Assembly: GCF_009914755.1 (NCBI RefSeq)
Contig: NC_060928.1
Direction: 5' to 3' (one strand)
Origin: the human T2T-CHM13v2.0 reference genome, Homo sapiens
Length of the DNA: 64,000 bases
The translations under genes were made by a program, and so were the position numbers. The notes below the pieces were generated by a model, which was given only the letters and a program-made list of their open reading frames with translations, was not told the origin of the DNA and ran no database searches. This document shows positions 59,916-64,000 of the stretch, in pieces (within the stretch, counting starts at the first letter, position 1; the number at the start of each line of letters is the position of its first letter).

Positions 59916-62900
59916 GAGACATGTCTTCAGGCTTATTGATGTATCTGCCCCTGGCTGGAAGATTTCTCGAAGCTCCAACATAAAGTAGGACCTAATGTCT
60001 GGCACTGCGGTTGAAGGAATGATTTGCCTACTGGGTGTTTTACTTAGCAACAACTCAGCTTTTTATGGAATTCCAGTTCTCCAATGTTTGTTCTCTGATG
60101 TATTGTTGCCTCTTTTATAACAGTCATTAAACACTGAAAATGTCTGATGCGGCAAAACTTAATGGACACTTACTGGTTATAATGGAATGAAGAGTGAGGT
60201 GGAAAAAAAAAGATGATTACCCAAAGCTTTCATAAAATTTCTTGTTATCTTTTCACATCTTTTATACAGACAATTTATCTTGGGTAATAGGCTATGCCCT
60301 TTTGATCTACAGACTAGAAACACAAGAATTGTAATAGCATAATGTTGTATCAGGTATGCCAAATACAATATTTTACCTAATTTCTTGTATTACTTTGCTT
60401 CATAGGTCAGGGAAAAGAAAACACATTTAAAGCAACCATTAAGATAAGAGGACAGATGCAAATTTAAAATAGTTGAATTTAGGTAAACAGAATTAATTAA
60501 ACCCTTAATTTCATTAGTATTTACAGAGTGCCTGCCATGTGTCAGACACTGCCTAGATTCTAAATGACTAAATGCATAAATGAGTCTGTATAGATAAATA
60601 AGGCAGGTTAATATAAATAAATGAAATTATATAGTACCTATCTCATAATAACTGCTTAATAAATGTCAGCAACAAATATTGTTATAAAACTGCTATGGGA
60701 TCTTCACATTTGGTATAATTATGTTAACTACACGTATGAAAATAAGAGTCATTAATACGAAGGCAACTGTACTAGGGGTAGCATCTCATGGTGATGATAA
60801 GCATCTGTGACTAGCCAAAAAGTGCTTAATCACCCCAAAAGGCACTCTATGATGTTGGCTAAATAAATATCAACAACAAAAGGCGTTTCTCAAATTAGTT
60901 CTAGATAAGTTGCATGTCACCTGATTCTATGACTATCGGTCCCATTGGTATTCTAATTTCTTTTTTCAAGGATCTTTCCTAAAAAATATTATTGATGCCA
61001 TCATTTTGACAAAAACTTGTTAAAGTATTATTAAAACTGGCATAATTGAAATTTATTTTTGTGATTAAGATTGAAAATTAAAAAGGCACAAAATAGTAGC
61101 AAATATAACTTGTTCTCATTATATTGTTTATGACAATAAATTCCCTGGTTAAGCTTACACATGGTTCTCTCTTCTAACTCTGTTTTCAGTTCCTTGTAAA
61201 AGATTATTCTTTGAAGCTGACATTTCTTGTCTCTTATCTATAACAAAGGTTAATAGGTATATTAAAATGCAGAGAAAACATTCACATTTTCTCCTAGAAT
61301 TAAAGTTTTAAAAAAGTTCAAGTTTTATATAAATGTTTGGAAATGAATTATAGGTAGCTACAGGCAAGACATGTTGTCAAATAAATACCTTCAGATAAAT
61401 GTTGAAAAAGCTATTTCTAATGTGAAGTTTTAAATATGCTTGGAACATAATTGGTTAGACACTGAGCAGAATGAAAAATCTAATTATCAGCAAAGGGAGG
61501 AGTCTATCCACAAAGATGTAAGAAATATTTTAAACTTAGAAATCAAAACGTTCTGGAGTTTTTTAGTCAAACTTCCTACTGTTGAACTTAAATATGCAGA
61601 AAGTCATTTTATCTATCTAAGTGAGATGTGGACCAAGATTAAAAGAGTATTAAATACTAAATATTTCTTCCTTTTATCTTTTATTAAAGTTAAATAGAAG
61701 TAAGATGTGCTTACGGATGCCAAGAGAAAATATAATACAACAGAGATTCCTCGTGCAGCACCATCAGAATGTCATCACAGTAGGCCATGTCAGTCTCCAC
61801 TTAACTTTCACACATTCTGATGGACAATATCCATAAGTTTGTAAAATGACTGTTTACAAAGTATACTCTGTTCTACTTTTCTCAATTTAATGCTGTGTTT
61901 ATCTGCCTGGGTGTTTTCTTTTTTTCCTCTCTCTGTGTGTGTATACATGTGTGTGTTGATAGTGAGCAGAACATAGCCAGGAGCAGCAAACTGTTTTTGG
62001 AGAAGAACTCATTTTTAATTTAAATGTGGGCTTTATAGACAAGAATAAGAAGCTCTGATTGCAGCTAATTTCAGCAAATTAAAAAGAGCCTGCGGGGAAA
62101 ACTGACTGGTAATGATGAAATGCAATCAAGTGAGCAACAGTATCGATCTTCAAACACAAAGCTGAGCAGATAATAAAATACAGTTTGAAAAAAACCATTC
62201 ATTTTTATTATAGGATATAGCAGATGCTGGTTTAAGTACTAGAATAAAACAAAAAGCCTATTGATTATTACAGCTTGTACTGACAACATTGTATATACAT
62301 AGCTGGCATCGTTTGTAGCAGTTTGCTCGTGTCCTCAGGCAGGGTACTAACCCAGAATGGGCACCCAGCCACTTTCTTCTGAACAGAATCTCATGCATTA
62401 AATATTTATGTTTCAGTGAGTAAGGAAAAGAGAAGGAAATCAAACATTCCTCCTGCGTGTGCGTGGAACTTTTGTCGAACTATAAACACAGCATGAGCAC
62501 AAACCCTTCTACTACGCCCTTCAATACTTCCCTTGTCTTTGTTTGATTGGCAAAATGTCTCCTAGCAAGGAGTTTCTGAATTAGGCCAAAACAAAGACTT
62601 GAAATAAATGTTATCTTAACTCTTAAACAGAAATATTATTTTTAGGATTACTTCTTACAGCAGAGCAGAAGCTTGTTTAGTAGAGAAAAGGATGCTGTCA
62701 GATTCTCAGGGTTTAGAAGCAGGACTTTAGACAGAAGGTAGAACTATTTAGACAGAGGAAGTATAAAGGGTTCTAAAATGAATGGGAATGAGGCAGGGTG
62801 ATTTCAAGAAAAAAATACTGAACTTATCCCTAGAGAATATAAGCATTTTCATTCCTTCCTTCCTTTCATTCCTTCCTTCCTTTACTCATTCATTCAAAAA

Positions 62901-63063
62901 ATTGTATAGATTCCCAGTAGAGGCATAACCAGGCTGGAACCTTCAAAGTCAGAAGTCTGGCAGGGCCTGGGTCACTGTTGGTGAGAGACCACTCTTCTGT
63001 CTTCTTGACATGTTCCTGGCCTTGTTTCCACACTGTTTCCTGTTACAACCTTTCATCAAAATC

Positions 63064-64000
63064 TTTTTTTTATTATTTTTTTATTACCATAGGTTATTGG
63101 GAAACAGGTGGTGCTTGGCTACATGAGTAAGTTCTTTAGTGGTGATTTGTGAGATTCTGGTGCACCCATCACCCAAGCAGTATATACACTGCACAAAATT
63201 TGTTGTCTTTAATCCCCCATCCCCTTCCCACACTTTCCCTCTGAATCCCCAAAGTCCATTGTGTCATTCTTATGCCTTTTCATCCTCATAGTTTAGCTCC
63301 CACTTATGAGTGAGAATATATGATGTTTGGTTTTCCATTCCTGAATTACTATTACTTAGAATAGTAGTCTCTAATCTTATTCAGGTCTCTGTGAATGCCA
63401 TTAATTCATTCCTTTTTATGGCTGAATAATATTCCATTGCATATATATACTACAGTTTACTTTTCCACTCGTTGATTGATGGGCATTTCGGTTGGTTCCA
63501 CGTTTTTGCACTTGCAAATTGTGCTGCTATAAATGTGCATGTCCAAGTATCTTTTTCATATAATGACTTCGTTTCCTCTGGGTAGACAGCAACTAGTGAA
63601 ATTATTGGATCAAATGGTAGTTCTACTTTTAGTTCTTTAAGGAATCTACACATTGTTTTTCATAGTGGTTGTACTAGTTTACATTCCCACCAGCAGTGTA
63701 GAAGTGTTCCCTGTTCACCACATCCATGCCAACATCTGTCATTTTTTTGATTTTTTGATTATGGCCATTCTTGCAGGAGTAAGGTGGTATCACATTGTGG
63801 TTTTGATTTGCATTGCCCTGATCATTAGTACATTTTTTCATGTGTTTGTTGGCCATTTGTAGATCTTCTTTTGAGAATTGTCTGTTCATGTCCTTGGCCC
63901 ACTTTTTGATGGGACTGTTTTTTCTTGCTAATTTGTTTGAGTTCATTGTAGATTCTGGATATTAGTCCTTTGTCAGATGTATAGATTGTGAAGATTTTCT
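63064..64000 (-). mobile_element. L1PB 3' portion, continues beyond the window end
   Basis: Poly-T, L1PB 3'UTR (gaaacaggtggtgcttggctacatgagtaagttc) and ORF2 C-terminus. Confidence 0.88.

Noticed and set aside
61170-61260. Plus-strand branch point and acceptor (ctaac...tgttttcag)
   Set aside because: Only weak donors follow and the peptide is unrecognisable.

Overview
This is human genomic DNA: an AluYb8, a human-specific subfamily, is present. The window is AT-rich, about half transposable element, and has no recognisable protein-coding gene, RNA gene, CpG island or CRISPR array. Almost all listed ORFs derive from L1, Alu or simple repeats. Contents: the 5' end of an L1PA3/4-type LINE-1 (broken ORF1 and ORF2, ORF0 open and reading into the flank), many 5'-truncated L1PA/PB/MA copies with visible target-site duplications (TSDs), including two twin-primed inversions and several nested insertions, and about 17 Alus. 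It also holds solo LTRs (MLT1, MST, LTR16, LTR10C), DNA transposons (MER82, Tigger3, MER20, MER58) and three minisatellites (61, 42/39 and about 25 bp units). Primate L1s are strongly biased to the minus strand, which suggests an intron of a plus-strand transcription unit; a few small plus-strand exon candidates fit this. Subfamily names come from recalled consensus sequences, not a database search. I see no evidence for a wholly new biological system; the best leads are modest and listed under findings.
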